44,385 nt of DNA from Escherichia phage K1-5: sequence record NC_008152.1; one strand, 5' to 3'. Shown piece by piece: positions 9,142 through 17,860 of the stretch. Numbering within the stretch: the stretch's first letter is position 1; each line of letters begins with the position of its first letter. Made by a program: the position numbers and the translations under genes. The notes beneath the pieces were generated by a model, which saw only the letters and a program-made list of their open reading frames with translations, was not told where the DNA came from and searched no databases.

Positions 9142-9360
9142 ATGACTAAGGTATTAATTTATATGCGTGGACCTCATAAATGCTATGCAGTTGTAGCACC
9201 AAATGGTGTTAAGCCTTATCGTACTTCAAAAAGATTGGCATTAATAGGTGCTAGTAGTAGTGCAAGTTTCCAAATGGAACTTTTTGGTCATTGGACTGAA
9301 AGGCAATTCCGTGAGGATTTTAAAGTCATTGGCAGCTTCATGGTGAAATATGCAGAATAA
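9142..9360 (+). CDS. Hypothetical protein (72 aa)
   Basis: TAAGGAG RBS; ORF track. Confidence 0.5.
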   Translation: MTKVLIYMRGPHKCYAVVAPNGVKPYRTSKRLALIGASSSASFQMELFGHWTERQFREDFKVIGSFMVKYAE

Positions 9361-9559
9361 ACATAGTCTTAGAATGTTCGATGGTCATGAAAACCTGCAA
9401 GCCAAGATTACTAACCAAGCCTTCCTGTTCGCACAGTTAACTATGGCTGAGGCTAAGAAGAATAGTCTCACTCGTGAACAGGTTATCAAGGAGGCCACTT
9501 GGGAACCACACCAAGGTAAATATATGGGCCACAAATTAACTGTAACACGCAGTCGATAA
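9350..9559 (+). CDS. Hypothetical protein (69 aa)
   Basis: ORF track; start overlaps end of previous gene. Confidence 0.45.
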   Translation: MQNKHSLRMFDGHENLQAKITNQAFLFAQLTMAEAKKNSLTREQVIKEATWEPHQGKYMGHKLTVTRSR

Positions 9560-9617
9560 GTCAAGGGTTGTCCAACGTGTTGGACAGCCTTTCATCATAT
9601 TGATTGGGAGGTATTAA

Positions 9618-9770
9618 ATGACTAAGTTTACTATGCAAGACCTCATTAAATTACGTGATGAAATAGAATCACCGGAAGTTAATACAGAGTTTCACTACAT
9701 TGATCCACGAGATAAACGAGAGATTCCTGATTATCAGATTGAGACGGAGTTAATGTATGAAGATTATTGA
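9618..9770 (+). CDS. Small acidic protein (50 aa), below ORF-track cutoff
   Basis: GGGAGG RBS then ATG 9618; stop overlaps the DNA polymerase start. Confidence 0.4.
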   Translation: MTKFTMQDLIKLRDEIESPEVNTEFHYIDPRDKREIPDYQIETELMYEDY

Positions 9771-12297
9771 TTGGAAGAAGGAAGCAGAAGGCCGTATCCT
9801 AGTGATGGATGCGGAGGCTAAAGGCCTGCTGGGTGCTATCCGCTACGGTCATCGTGAAGATGTACACATTATTTGCTGCATGGACTTGCTCACCACTGAG
9901 GAGTTCCTCTTCTTCGACCCATATGAGATGCGTGACCCTGAAGCAAGGGAACACTTGAAAGAGTGGGAAGGCCATCAAGATGGGACCTTGGTTGATGGTG
10001 TTAACTTCCTAAAGCACTGTGAAGCCATCGTCTCACAGAACTTCCTAGGCTATGACGGGCTTCTCTTTGAGAAAGCCTTCCCTGACATCTGGAAGGGATT
10101 TAACTACACCGAGAGGCGCGGCAAGGGCAGACTACGTGCTGACTTGTGTCCGGTACGCGTCATGGATACGCTGGTCATGAGTCGCCTGTTAAACCCAGAT
10201 AGACGCCTTCCTCCGCAAGCATATGCCAAAGGTATGGGTAACGTTGCCCCTCACTCAATTGAGGCGCACGGCATTCGTATAGGCCGTTATAAGCCGGAGA
10301 ACGAGGATTGGTCTAAACTAACTGACCACATGGTACATCGTGTACGCGAGGACGTGGCGATAGGCCGTGACCTATTCCTCTGGCTATTTAACGGAGAATG
10401 GACGGAGCACAAACGCCGTGGCGTGAATAAACGCACTGGCCTAGGTATTGAGACAGCCTTCCACATGGAGTCCATTGTGACGCTGGAGATGAGCCGTCAG
10501 GCCGAGCGTGGATTCCGTCTGGATATAGATAAAGCATTAGCACGATGCGAGGAATTGGACGCTAAGATTGATGAGACAGTCGCAGCGTTCCGTCCGCACA
10601 TGCCTATGCGTATCAAGTCTAAACCTTTTAAACCGGAAGAAAAGAATGAAGTATGCCAACGCGCAAATGAGTATGGAGCTAGCAACAATATACCTACTGT
10701 CCTTGACCCCTCTCACTTTCTTCACGCAGAGAGACGAGGAGATCGCAAGACAGTATGGAGTGTCACTACTAAGTCTGGTGATTGGTCGGCTAGCGTCAAG
10801 AAAGACTTTCCTCACCTTAGAGGAAACCGTAATGACACGCCAAGTGTCAAGTGGATTGGCGCTTACTCGCCTGTTACTTTCGAAGAGATTCCCTTGGGTA
10901 ACAGGGATACAGTTAAGCAAGTGCTCTATGATTATGGATGGAAAGGTGTTGAATTTAACGATACCGAGCAAGCGCATCTCGATGAGCATGGCGTATTACC
11001 CAAGCCTTGGAGTGGGAAGATAAATGAAAAGTCCCTTACTTTATGGCAAGAGAGAGCCGCACGTGAAGGTAAAACAGTCCCTGATTGGTGCTTGGGTATC
11101 GCTGCATGGTACATACTCGTATCCCGTCGTGGTCAGATCCTCAACCGTGGTGACGTTGAAGCCTTCGACCAGAAGGGGGTGTGGCCTTCGCAAGCTGGTA
11201 TACGAAAGTGTCGCGGCCTTGTACCTGTAGCATTTAACAAGGAGTTAGGAATCAATGCGCAGCAATACTACGAAAGGTACGGATGCTGGCCTACGTCAGA
11301 CAAGGATGACGGAGAATGGCGTGTGCCAGCTATTGCTATTAGTATTGGAACTTCTACGTTCCGTATGCGTCATCGTAACGTGGTTAATATTCCTGCCCGT
11401 GGCTTGTATCCTTTACGTGATTTATTCATAGCAGGGAAAGGCAAGCTAATCCTTGGTTGTGACGGTGCAGGTCTTGAACTGCGTGTCCTGTCTCACTTCA
11501 TGAATGACCCTGAGTACCAAGAGATTGTACTGCACGGTGATATTCATACGCATAACCAGATGAAGGCTGGTCTTCCTAAGCGTGATATGGCGAAGACATT
11601 TATATATGCCTTCCTATATGGGTCTGGTATAGCTAACCTTGCAGCAGTATGTGGTGTTACTGAGGAAGAAATGGAGGAAGTTGTGGCAAGATTTGAGGTT
11701 GAACTACCATCTCTTGCACGTCTTCGTGAGAATGTTATCGCACAAGGTAACAAGTTTGGCTACCTACAAGCACCTGATGGTCATTGGGGTCGCATCCGTA
11801 TGTCTGGTGGTGAACTTAAAGAACACACTATGCTTAACGTACTACTCCAGATGACTGGTTCTCTGTGTATGAAATACGCATTGGTCAGAGCGTTTGCAGT
11901 GATGCGCAAGGAAGGTGTGGCCTTAGATAGCATGGGAAACCCTTGCGGTATAGCTAACGTGCACGATGAAATCCAGATGGAAGTCCCTGAAGATGAGGTC
12001 TTGTATCTCAACTACGACTTGCCTTTCACCTTAGAAGGGTTCGAAACAGAGAAGGCTGCTGTGAAAGCAGTGTTCGATGCAGAGGAGAAACGTGTTCATG
12101 TGGATTCTGAAGGACGTATGTGGTCTGCTGCAAATCTCGTTAGTGTTGATGCTGGTGTACTTCATTGCCAGCGTCGTTATCACCGTGCAGGGCATATCAT
12201 TGCCGACGCAATGACCTGGGCGGGTCAGTACCTGAAGATGCGTTGTCCGATGGCAGGTGAGTATAAGATTGGTGCAAGTTGGAAGGAAACACACTGA
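9757..12297 (+). CDS. Family A DNA polymerase with 3'-5' exonuclease domain (T7 gp5-like)
   Basis: 846 aa; exo motif VMDAEAKG, pol motif A CDGAGLELRVLSHF, motif B RDMAKTFIYAFLYGSG, motif C VHDEIQ. Confidence 0.97.
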   Translation: MKIIDWKKEAEGRILVMDAEAKGLLGAIRYGHREDVHIICCMDLLTTEEFLFFDPYEMRDPEAREHLKEWEGHQDGTLVDGVNFLKHCEAIVSQNFLGYDGLLFEKAFPDIWKGFNYTERRGKGRLRADLCPVRVMDTLVMSRLLNPDRRLPPQAYAKGMGNVAPHSIEAHGIRIGRYKPENEDWSKLTDHMVHRVREDVAIGRDLFLWLFNGEWTEHKRRGVNKRTGLGIETAFHMESIVTLEMSRQAERGFRLDIDKALARCEELDAKIDETVAAFRPHMPMRIKSKPFKPEEKNEVCQRANEYGASNNIPTVLDPSHFLHAERRGDRKTVWSVTTKSGDWSASVKKDFPHLRGNRNDTPSVKWIGAYSPVTFEEIPLGNRDTVKQVLYDYGWKGVEFNDTEQAHLDEHGVLPKPWSGKINEKSLTLWQERAAREGKTVPDWCLGIAAWYILVSRRGQILNRGDVEAFDQKGVWPSQAGIRKCRGLVPVAFNKELGINAQQYYERYGCWPTSDKDDGEWRVPAIAISIGTSTFRMRHRNVVNIPARGLYPLRDLFIAGKGKLILGCDGAGLELRVLSHFMNDPEYQEIVLHGDIHTHNQMKAGLPKRDMAKTFIYAFLYGSGIANLAAVCGVTEEEMEEVVARFEVELPSLARLRENVIAQGNKFGYLQAPDGHWGRIRMSGGELKEHTMLNVLLQMTGSLCMKYALVRAFAVMRKEGVALDSMGNPCGIANVHDEIQMEVPEDEVLYLNYDLPFTLEGFETEKAAVKAVFDAEEKRVHVDSEGRMWSAANLVSVDAGVLHCQRRYHRAGHIIADAMTWAGQYLKMRCPMAGEYKIGASWKETH

Positions 12298-12413
12298 TGG
12301 ACAGGTTTGATATTGTTTGCCTATTCTCTACCTTCTTTCTTATATTCCTTATGCTTGCTTGCTATGGAAGTATGCGATTAGATATACCTGATGAAGAGGA
12401 GGGTTACGATTGA
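12297..12413 (+). CDS. Tiny hydrophobic peptide (38 aa)
   Basis: ATG overlaps DNAP stop (TGATG); MDRFDIVCLFSTFFLIFLMLACYG... is a single predicted TM helix. Confidence 0.3.
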   Translation: MDRFDIVCLFSTFFLIFLMLACYGSMRLDIPDEEEGYD

Positions 12414-12511
12414 TGCAGGCATCTTTTATTATTCTTGGAGTCATATTATTTATGGTAGTATTCTGGGCTTTCTCTGGCATTGACCCAGATTGTGATGGTA
12501 ACTACGACTGA
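12413..12511 (+). CDS. Tiny hydrophobic peptide (32 aa)
   Basis: GAGGAGGG RBS 9 nt upstream; MQASFIILGVILFMVVFWAF... TM-like. Confidence 0.3.
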   Translation: MQASFIILGVILFMVVFWAFSGIDPDCDGNYD

Positions 12512-12579
12512 GTTATACTCAAGGTCACTTACGAGTGGCCTTTATGAATAACTTATTCCTACTTATTTTGTCTAACATG

Positions 12580-12600
12580 ATTTACTGGACACTATAGAAG
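12580..12600 (+). promoter_or_regulatory. Phage RNAP promoter (perfect consensus)
   Basis: atttactggacactatagaag. Confidence 0.8.
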
Positions 12601-12666
12601 GAAAGCATAGGTAATCTAGGTTTATAAGGTAGTATAGGTAATTAAGTAAATATAGGAGATATAAAT

Positions 12667-13044
12667 ATGTCTATGGTAACTACTCTGGTATTCGTGGCTC
12701 AATACTTTCGTGGTCTTGCTAATAAGTTCAAGTCCAAGGCTATCAAAGCTATTGAGGCTCGCATCGAAGCAGTACAGGCAGAGCAAGTTAAAGTTGAAGA
12801 ACATCGTAGTTCTCAAATGATTGACTGTCATAACCGCTACTATGCATCTCGTGATGAACTAAATGCACGTCAAGTCAAAGAGGTAGAAGATATGCTGGCA
12901 CGTCACCAGCAAGAGCGTGACAGCCTGAAAGCTGAATTTGAAGAGAACAAGGCATCAATTGCTCTTGTACATCAAGCTGCATCTGACAGTCTGAAGAAAG
13001 AGATTGTTATGCTGGAAATCGAACTGGATAACCTGACCAAATAA
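12667..13044 (+). CDS. Hypothetical coiled-coil protein (125 aa)
   Basis: AGGAGA RBS; downstream of a consensus phage promoter. Confidence 0.6.
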   Translation: MSMVTTLVFVAQYFRGLANKFKSKAIKAIEARIEAVQAEQVKVEEHRSSQMIDCHNRYYASRDELNARQVKEVEDMLARHQQERDSLKAEFEENKASIALVHQAASDSLKKEIVMLEIELDNLTK

Positions 13045-13053
13045 GGGGGGGTT

Positions 13054-13353
13054 ATGATGGAAGAAGTAATTCAAGCTAAACATGTAGGTATTATCTTTCG
13101 CGATCTAGAGCAGCGTAAAGTTGCAGGTCATACTCGTCTGGCTAAAGAGGAAGACACCGCAATCACTACTGTAGAACAAGCAGATGCCTATCGTGGACCA
13201 GAGTTCACTCAAGGTGAAACTTGTCACCAATTGAGCCTATCAATTTGTGACACTATGGCTATTGTAAATGTGCAAGAAGTCGAAGAGGGTGAGTGTGTCA
13301 GTTACATCTACCCTTTAGATACTATTGCACGCATTAAGGTAATCCATAAGTAA
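13054..13353 (+). CDS. Hypothetical protein (99 aa)
   Basis: GGGGGG RBS-like tract before ATG; ORF track. Confidence 0.5.
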   Translation: MMEEVIQAKHVGIIFRDLEQRKVAGHTRLAKEEDTAITTVEQADAYRGPEFTQGETCHQLSLSICDTMAIVNVQEVEEGECVSYIYPLDTIARIKVIHK

Positions 13354-13373
13354 TTACTAGACACTATAGAACA
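13353..13373 (+). promoter_or_regulatory. Phage RNAP promoter variant
   Basis: attactagacactatagaaca. Confidence 0.45.
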
Positions 13374-13522
13374 ATAGGTCGGCTTAGTTCGGCCTATGAT
13401 TGTAAAGTGTTGTTGATGTTGAACCATTGTGCATCTTGCACAACCCGATACCGTATAGGGCTTTCTAGTGAGTACATGCTTGTGCTCAGTACAAAGCTAA
13501 CTGACAATAGGAGACTAAATAA

Positions 13523-14329
13523 ATGGCACGTGGTGATTTTGATTTTGGTGCTCAGGTTACTAAATCTGAAGGTAAAGTCTTTAAGAATCCAGAAGTAGGT
13601 GATCATGAAGCAGTAATCTCTGGCATCATTCATGTTGGTTCCTTCCAAGACATCTTTAAGAAAGGTAATACCACTGAAGTTAAGAAGCCAGCAAACTTTG
13701 TTCTGGTTAAGATTGTCCTGATGGGTGACGATGACAAGAACGAAGATGGTTCTCGCATGGAACAATGGATGGCTGTGCCTCTGAAGTCTGGTGATAAGGC
13801 AACACTGACTAAGTTCCTGAATGCAGTTGACCCTAAAGAGTTGCTGGGTGGCTTCGATGATTTCATTGGTGAATGCCTGACTGCAACGATGGTCGGTTCT
13901 GGTGATAAGAATGACGATGGCTCATTCAAGTATGTTAACTGGAAGGGATTTGGTGGTATGCCGGACAAGCTGAAGAAACTGGTCATTGCTCAGGTTGAAG
14001 AGGAAGGTCTGTCTATGACAGGTCACATTACCTTCGACAAGCTGACCAAAGAAATCCTTGATGACATCCCAGCCAACTTGGTGCGTCAATACTTCCTGAA
14101 CGAGACGCCTCGTGGTAAGAACCTGTCTGTTGCTGGTTCTCACGTAGAAGCAATCATTAAAGCTGCTCGTGAAGAAGACCCAGAATGGAAGAAGGCTAAG
14201 AAGAAAGACGAGGAAGATGCTACCCCAGCTAATCGTAAATCTCTGGATACTGGTGAGTCTGTTCCACAGGAAGTACCTGAAGCAGAAGATACTCCTGCAC
14301 CGGAGATGGATGAGGACGCGGAATATTAA
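13523..14329 (+). CDS. Acidic-tailed protein (268 aa), candidate ssDNA-binding protein
   Basis: AGGAGA RBS; lies between DNAP and exonuclease; C-terminus ...PEMDEDAEY is an acidic tail ending in an aromatic residue, as in T7 gp2.5. Function is inferred only. Confidence 0.45.
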   Translation: MARGDFDFGAQVTKSEGKVFKNPEVGDHEAVISGIIHVGSFQDIFKKGNTTEVKKPANFVLVKIVLMGDDDKNEDGSRMEQWMAVPLKSGDKATLTKFLNAVDPKELLGGFDDFIGECLTATMVGSGDKNDDGSFKYVNWKGFGGMPDKLKKLVIAQVEEEGLSMTGHITFDKLTKEILDDIPANLVRQYFLNETPRGKNLSVAGSHVEAIIKAAREEDPEWKKAKKKDEEDATPANRKSLDTGESVPQEVPEAEDTPAPEMDEDAEY

Positions 14330-14338
14330 GGAGAAAGG

Positions 14339-14557
14339 ATGAAAGTACAAATCGTAACCCTGCACTGCAAGAAAGGAATTACAACTCTTGGCGGCAACAC
14401 TTTTCACTCCTTCTCTGAAGGGGACACATATGCCGACCTGCACTACATCTGGCGCGACGGACAGCACGTGGTGAACTACAGCGACCCAGCTACGGGGAAA
14501 CGCCACGGCGTATCGCTTCCGGCGCATGACATTGCTCAGGTGAACACAGTTTTATAA
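14339..14557 (+). CDS. Hypothetical protein (72 aa)
   Basis: AAGGAGAAAGG RBS. Confidence 0.5.
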   Translation: MKVQIVTLHCKKGITTLGGNTFHSFSEGDTYADLHYIWRDGQHVVNYSDPATGKRHGVSLPAHDIAQVNTVL

Positions 14558-14558
14558 A

Positions 14559-14574
14559 GTCTCACGTGTGAGAC
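14559..14574. promoter_or_regulatory. Palindrome variant GTCTCACGTGTGAGAC (copy 4)
   Basis: Loop differs (CGTG vs CATG), stem conserved; upstream of promoter 14590. Confidence 0.55.
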
Positions 14575-14589
14575 AAATCGGTGTCCGGT

Positions 14590-14610
14590 ATTTACTGGAC
14601 ACTATAGAAG
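14590..14610 (+). promoter_or_regulatory. Phage RNAP promoter (perfect consensus)
   Basis: atttactggacactatagaag; 15 nt downstream of a palindrome variant. Confidence 0.8.
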
Positions 14611-14662
14611 AGAAGAATTTTAATCGGCGATAATGCCATAACCAACAAAAGGAGAATTTAAT

Positions 14663-15034
14663 ATGTTCAAGATTGAAACTATCGTAAACCGTGTTGTTAA
14701 AGGTGCTGCTCTGGTATCCGTTGAGTCTTTCATTATCGTCGATGAAACTGATCAACTGGTAGCTGGTACTAAGGCTTACGATACCCGTGAAGAAGCTCAG
14801 GCTAAGATTGACAGCATGGGTAACTTCGCTGCTGGTCTGGAGTTCGCTCGTGCTTGCTTCCCTGAGCAGGCTGACAAAGCTCAGATTGGTAAGGCTAATA
14901 TCGTAGCTGAATATCTGGATTGGGTTGCTGCTGGTAAACCAGTGAAAGAAGTTAAGGCTGCTGAAGAAGCTGAAGCTCCAGCAGAAGAAGTAGCTGCACC
15001 GGAAACTCCGGTAAGTGAAGAGGAAGAATTTTGA
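14663..15034 (+). CDS. Small acidic-tailed protein (123 aa)
   Basis: Consensus phage promoter upstream, AGGAGA RBS, strong hairpin terminator downstream; C-terminus ...VSEEEEF. Confidence 0.6.
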   Translation: MFKIETIVNRVVKGAALVSVESFIIVDETDQLVAGTKAYDTREEAQAKIDSMGNFAAGLEFARACFPEQADKAQIGKANIVAEYLDWVAAGKPVKEVKAAEEAEAPAEEVAAPETPVSEEEEF

Positions 15035-15093
15035 TAATAGCAGGTGTTGCCTCTGTTAGTCCTAGCTGACTATCACGCTCACCTCATCTAATG

Positions 15094-15126
15094 CCCTGTC
15101 TGCCTTAGTGTAGGCAGGGTCTTTTG
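15094..15126 (+). terminator. Hairpin plus T-run terminator
   Basis: ccctgtctgc-cttagt-gtaggcaggg followed by tcttttg; same architecture as the post-capsid terminator. Confidence 0.55.
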
Positions 15127-15151
15127 CGTAATAGTTATTGGAGAATGAATT

Positions 15152-15424
15152 ATGCCGACTATTGAATCTCGAATTGAACTGGACATTAGCTACAATGCAA
15201 TCACCAGACAGTATATTGGGGTTGCCTATGATTACAAAACTGGTGAGAAGCTAGTGGAGGTGAGACAATGGGATGACTATTGGTTAAGACAGAACCTCCA
15301 TGATGCGGTGTCCTCCTTCCTGAAGGAGTGGCCTACATGCGACCAAACTTCGACTTCGGAGCTACAGTATCGGAAGACAATAACCTGTTGCTGTGGCCAA
15401 CTGAAGGTAATCGAATCGCTTTAA
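15152..15424 (+). CDS. Hypothetical protein (90 aa); 3' end overlaps exonuclease start
   Basis: GGAGAATG RBS-like; overlaps the 15337 start by about 88 nt in another frame. Confidence 0.4.
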   Translation: MPTIESRIELDISYNAITRQYIGVAYDYKTGEKLVEVRQWDDYWLRQNLHDAVSSFLKEWPTCDQTSTSELQYRKTITCCCGQLKVIESL

Positions 15425-16365
15425 TAGATGCTGATATGTTACCTTACATCATAGGGTATACAATCAGTGATATGACTTATGTACGAGCCACAACTCGTGT
15501 TAAGTCAGGGCAAGTCCCCTCAATCAAAGATACACCTGAGTGTAAGCAAGCGTGTGACCGTGTGAACTCCTTGCTTAACTCTTGGGTGTATGCAGCAGAA
15601 TGTGATGCAGCTAAGTTGTTCATGACGAAATCAGAAGCTAACTTCCGTGTCCGCCTAGCATTCACCAAGCCTTATAAAGGTCAACGTAAGACCGAGAAGC
15701 CTCCATTCTTCTATGAATTGCGAGAGCATCTCTTAGAGGTTCACGGTGCAATCTTGGCAGATGGAGAGGAAGCAGATGACCTCATGAGTATCGCACAATG
15801 GGACAGCCACCGCCGCTTCCAGCAAGATACAGGTAACGAGTTCCCTATCGGTAGTCCAGAGCATAAAGCATTCTCTGATACTTGCATCGTTTCCTTGGAT
15901 AAGGATTTGATGATTGTTCCCGGTTGGCATCTACAGCCGGGTCAAGAGAAGAAATGGGTAGAGCCTATGGGTTGGCTTGAGCTACGCCGTAAGGCTAATG
16001 GGCAAGTCAAAGATCTAAAAGGTGCTGGCCTCATGTTCCACTATGCACAGATGATTATCGGTGATGATATTGATAACTATGCTGGCATACCAGGTCGTGG
16101 TGCTAAATATGCCTATGATCTTCTCAAAGATTGTAAGACAGAGAAAGAGTTGTACATGGCAGTGCTGGGTGCTTACAAGGCTAAGTTCGGGCATGGACAA
16201 GTTAAAATTAAGAATTACCGAGGTGGTTATCGTATCGGCAAAGCCTTTGACCTAATGCTTGAGTGTGGTCGCTTATCTCACATGGCAAGATTCAAGGGTG
16301 ATATATGGCGAGCCGATAAGAACCCAATCTTGTGGGGAGATGATGCGGAATGGTTAGCAAATTAA
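15337..16365 (+). CDS. 5'-3' exonuclease (FEN-like, T7 gp6-like)
   Basis: Track ORF 15328 (GTG); ATG 15337 with GGAG RBS; motifs LIDADMLPY, SLDKDL, GDDIDNYAGIPGRG. Confidence 0.85.
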   Translation: MRPNFDFGATVSEDNNLLLWPTEGNRIALIDADMLPYIIGYTISDMTYVRATTRVKSGQVPSIKDTPECKQACDRVNSLLNSWVYAAECDAAKLFMTKSEANFRVRLAFTKPYKGQRKTEKPPFFYELREHLLEVHGAILADGEEADDLMSIAQWDSHRRFQQDTGNEFPIGSPEHKAFSDTCIVSLDKDLMIVPGWHLQPGQEKKWVEPMGWLELRRKANGQVKDLKGAGLMFHYAQMIIGDDIDNYAGIPGRGAKYAYDLLKDCKTEKELYMAVLGAYKAKFGHGQVKIKNYRGGYRIGKAFDLMLECGRLSHMARFKGDIWRADKNPILWGDDAEWLAN

Positions 16366-16760
16366 AATCATCGGAGGTGGCAGCTTATAAGAAGGAATTG
16401 CTAGATAAGCAAGGATGGAAATGCCCTCTGTGTGGCGGCAGTCTCAAAGCTGTCACACCTGTAAACCGTGTACTTGACCATGACCATGAGACAGGATTCT
16501 GCCGCGCTGTTGTATGCCGAGGCTGCAATGGTGCGGAAGGGAAGATTAAGGGTGTTATCTCTGGTTATGGTAAGGCTGGTAACAACCGTTACTTCCAGCT
16601 TCAATGGTTAGAGCGACTATATGAATACTGGAAGTTACATAGTACGCCTCAGACAGATAAGTTATATCACAAACATCAAACGGAGGCAGAGAAGCGCGAG
16701 GCTAAGAACCGTAAGGCACGCCTTGCTTATGCAAGAAAGAAGGAGGTTAAAGTTGGGTAA
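16350..16760 (+). CDS. Endonuclease VII-like junction-resolving nuclease
   Basis: 136 aa; CPLCGG...LDHDHETGFCR...CRGCNG matches the T4 endonuclease VII zinc/His-metal signature. Confidence 0.8.
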   Translation: MVSKLKSSEVAAYKKELLDKQGWKCPLCGGSLKAVTPVNRVLDHDHETGFCRAVVCRGCNGAEGKIKGVISGYGKAGNNRYFQLQWLERLYEYWKLHSTPQTDKLYHKHQTEAEKREAKNRKARLAYARKKEVKVG

Positions 16761-17760
16761 GCTGCGCAGCTTGTACAAAGACTCCGAGGTACTTGATGCA
16801 ATCGAGCAAGCTACCGACGAGAAAGGTAATGTTAACTACAATGAGATGGCACGTGTATTATCGTGTCATACTGTGGGTAAGAAGATTACCCGCCAGTTGG
16901 CTCGATACTGGCATGGTCAATTCAAGAAGACCAAGAAGAATGGTGATTACTACCAGACCCTTCTGCAAGAAGATAAGCGTATCAAAGAAGAGCGTAAGCT
17001 CAGGACTCCTGACCGCTACGAGGATTTGGCTATTGTGCCATTGCCTGACTCGCCTCATCGAAGTGTACTGGTGATCCCTGATACTCATGCACCTTATGAG
17101 CACCCAGATACCCTAGAGTTCCTTGCAGCCGTGGCAGCACGTTACCGTCCAGACACAGTGGTACACCTAGGAGATGAGGCAGACAAACATGCCCTGTCAT
17201 TCCACGATTCGGACCCAAATCTGGATAGTGCTGGCATGGAGTTAGAGAAGGCTCGTATCTTCATGCACAAATTGCACAAGATGTTCCCTGTGATGCGCCT
17301 GTGTCACTCTAACCACGGCTCTATGCACTTCCGTAAGGCAAGCGCCAAAGGCATCCCTGTGCAATACCTGCGCACCTATCGTGAAGTCTTCTTCCCGCAG
17401 GGAGGTGGCGACCAGTGGGATTGGCAACATACGCACGTCCTTGAGTTGCCGAATGGTGAACAAGTGGCATTCAAGCATCAACCTGCTGGCTCTGTCCTAG
17501 CAGATGCAGCGCATGAGCGTATGAACCTTGTGTGTGGTCACTTGCACGGTAAGATGTCTGTGGAGTACGCACGTAATACACATGAACAGTATTGGGCTGT
17601 GCAAGGTGGCTGCTTAATTGATGAGTCATCCCGTGCATTTGCCTATGGTCGTGAGTCTAAATACAAGCCAGCATTAGGTTGTGTGGTCATTCTGGAGGGT
17701 GTGCCTCACATTGTCCCGATGCAAACCAATAGCGACAACCGTTGGATTGGCAAGATTTAG
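16753..17760 (+). CDS. Calcineurin-like metallophosphoesterase
   Basis: Track ORF 16621; likely TTG 16753 start 6 nt after AGGAGG; motifs VIPDTHAPYEHPD, HLGDEAD, CHSNHGSMH, CGHLHG. Confidence 0.7.
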   Translation: MGKLRSLYKDSEVLDAIEQATDEKGNVNYNEMARVLSCHTVGKKITRQLARYWHGQFKKTKKNGDYYQTLLQEDKRIKEERKLRTPDRYEDLAIVPLPDSPHRSVLVIPDTHAPYEHPDTLEFLAAVAARYRPDTVVHLGDEADKHALSFHDSDPNLDSAGMELEKARIFMHKLHKMFPVMRLCHSNHGSMHFRKASAKGIPVQYLRTYREVFFPQGGGDQWDWQHTHVLELPNGEQVAFKHQPAGSVLADAAHERMNLVCGHLHGKMSVEYARNTHEQYWAVQGGCLIDESSRAFAYGRESKYKPALGCVVILEGVPHIVPMQTNSDNRWIGKI

Positions 17761-17775
17761 TTGACACTATAGAAC
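17755..17775 (+). promoter_or_regulatory. Phage RNAP promoter variant
   Basis: atttagttgacactatagaac; overlaps the phosphoesterase stop codon. Confidence 0.45.
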
Positions 17776-17860
17776 AAAGGGCTAGGTAAGACTTTATCGG
17801 CTGGCGTATCCAAATGATATTGCACTAGCCCTTGATTGTATAGTGAATGGAGGATTCAAT

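Noticed and set aside
10568-11023. Plus-strand alternative-frame ORFs nested in large genes (for example 10568..11023 in DNAP, 4409..4666 in RNAP, 7906..8256 in helicase, 22007..22216 in scaffold)
   Set aside because: They are fully contained in another frame of genes with clear catalytic motifs, with no RBS or conservation argument for them.
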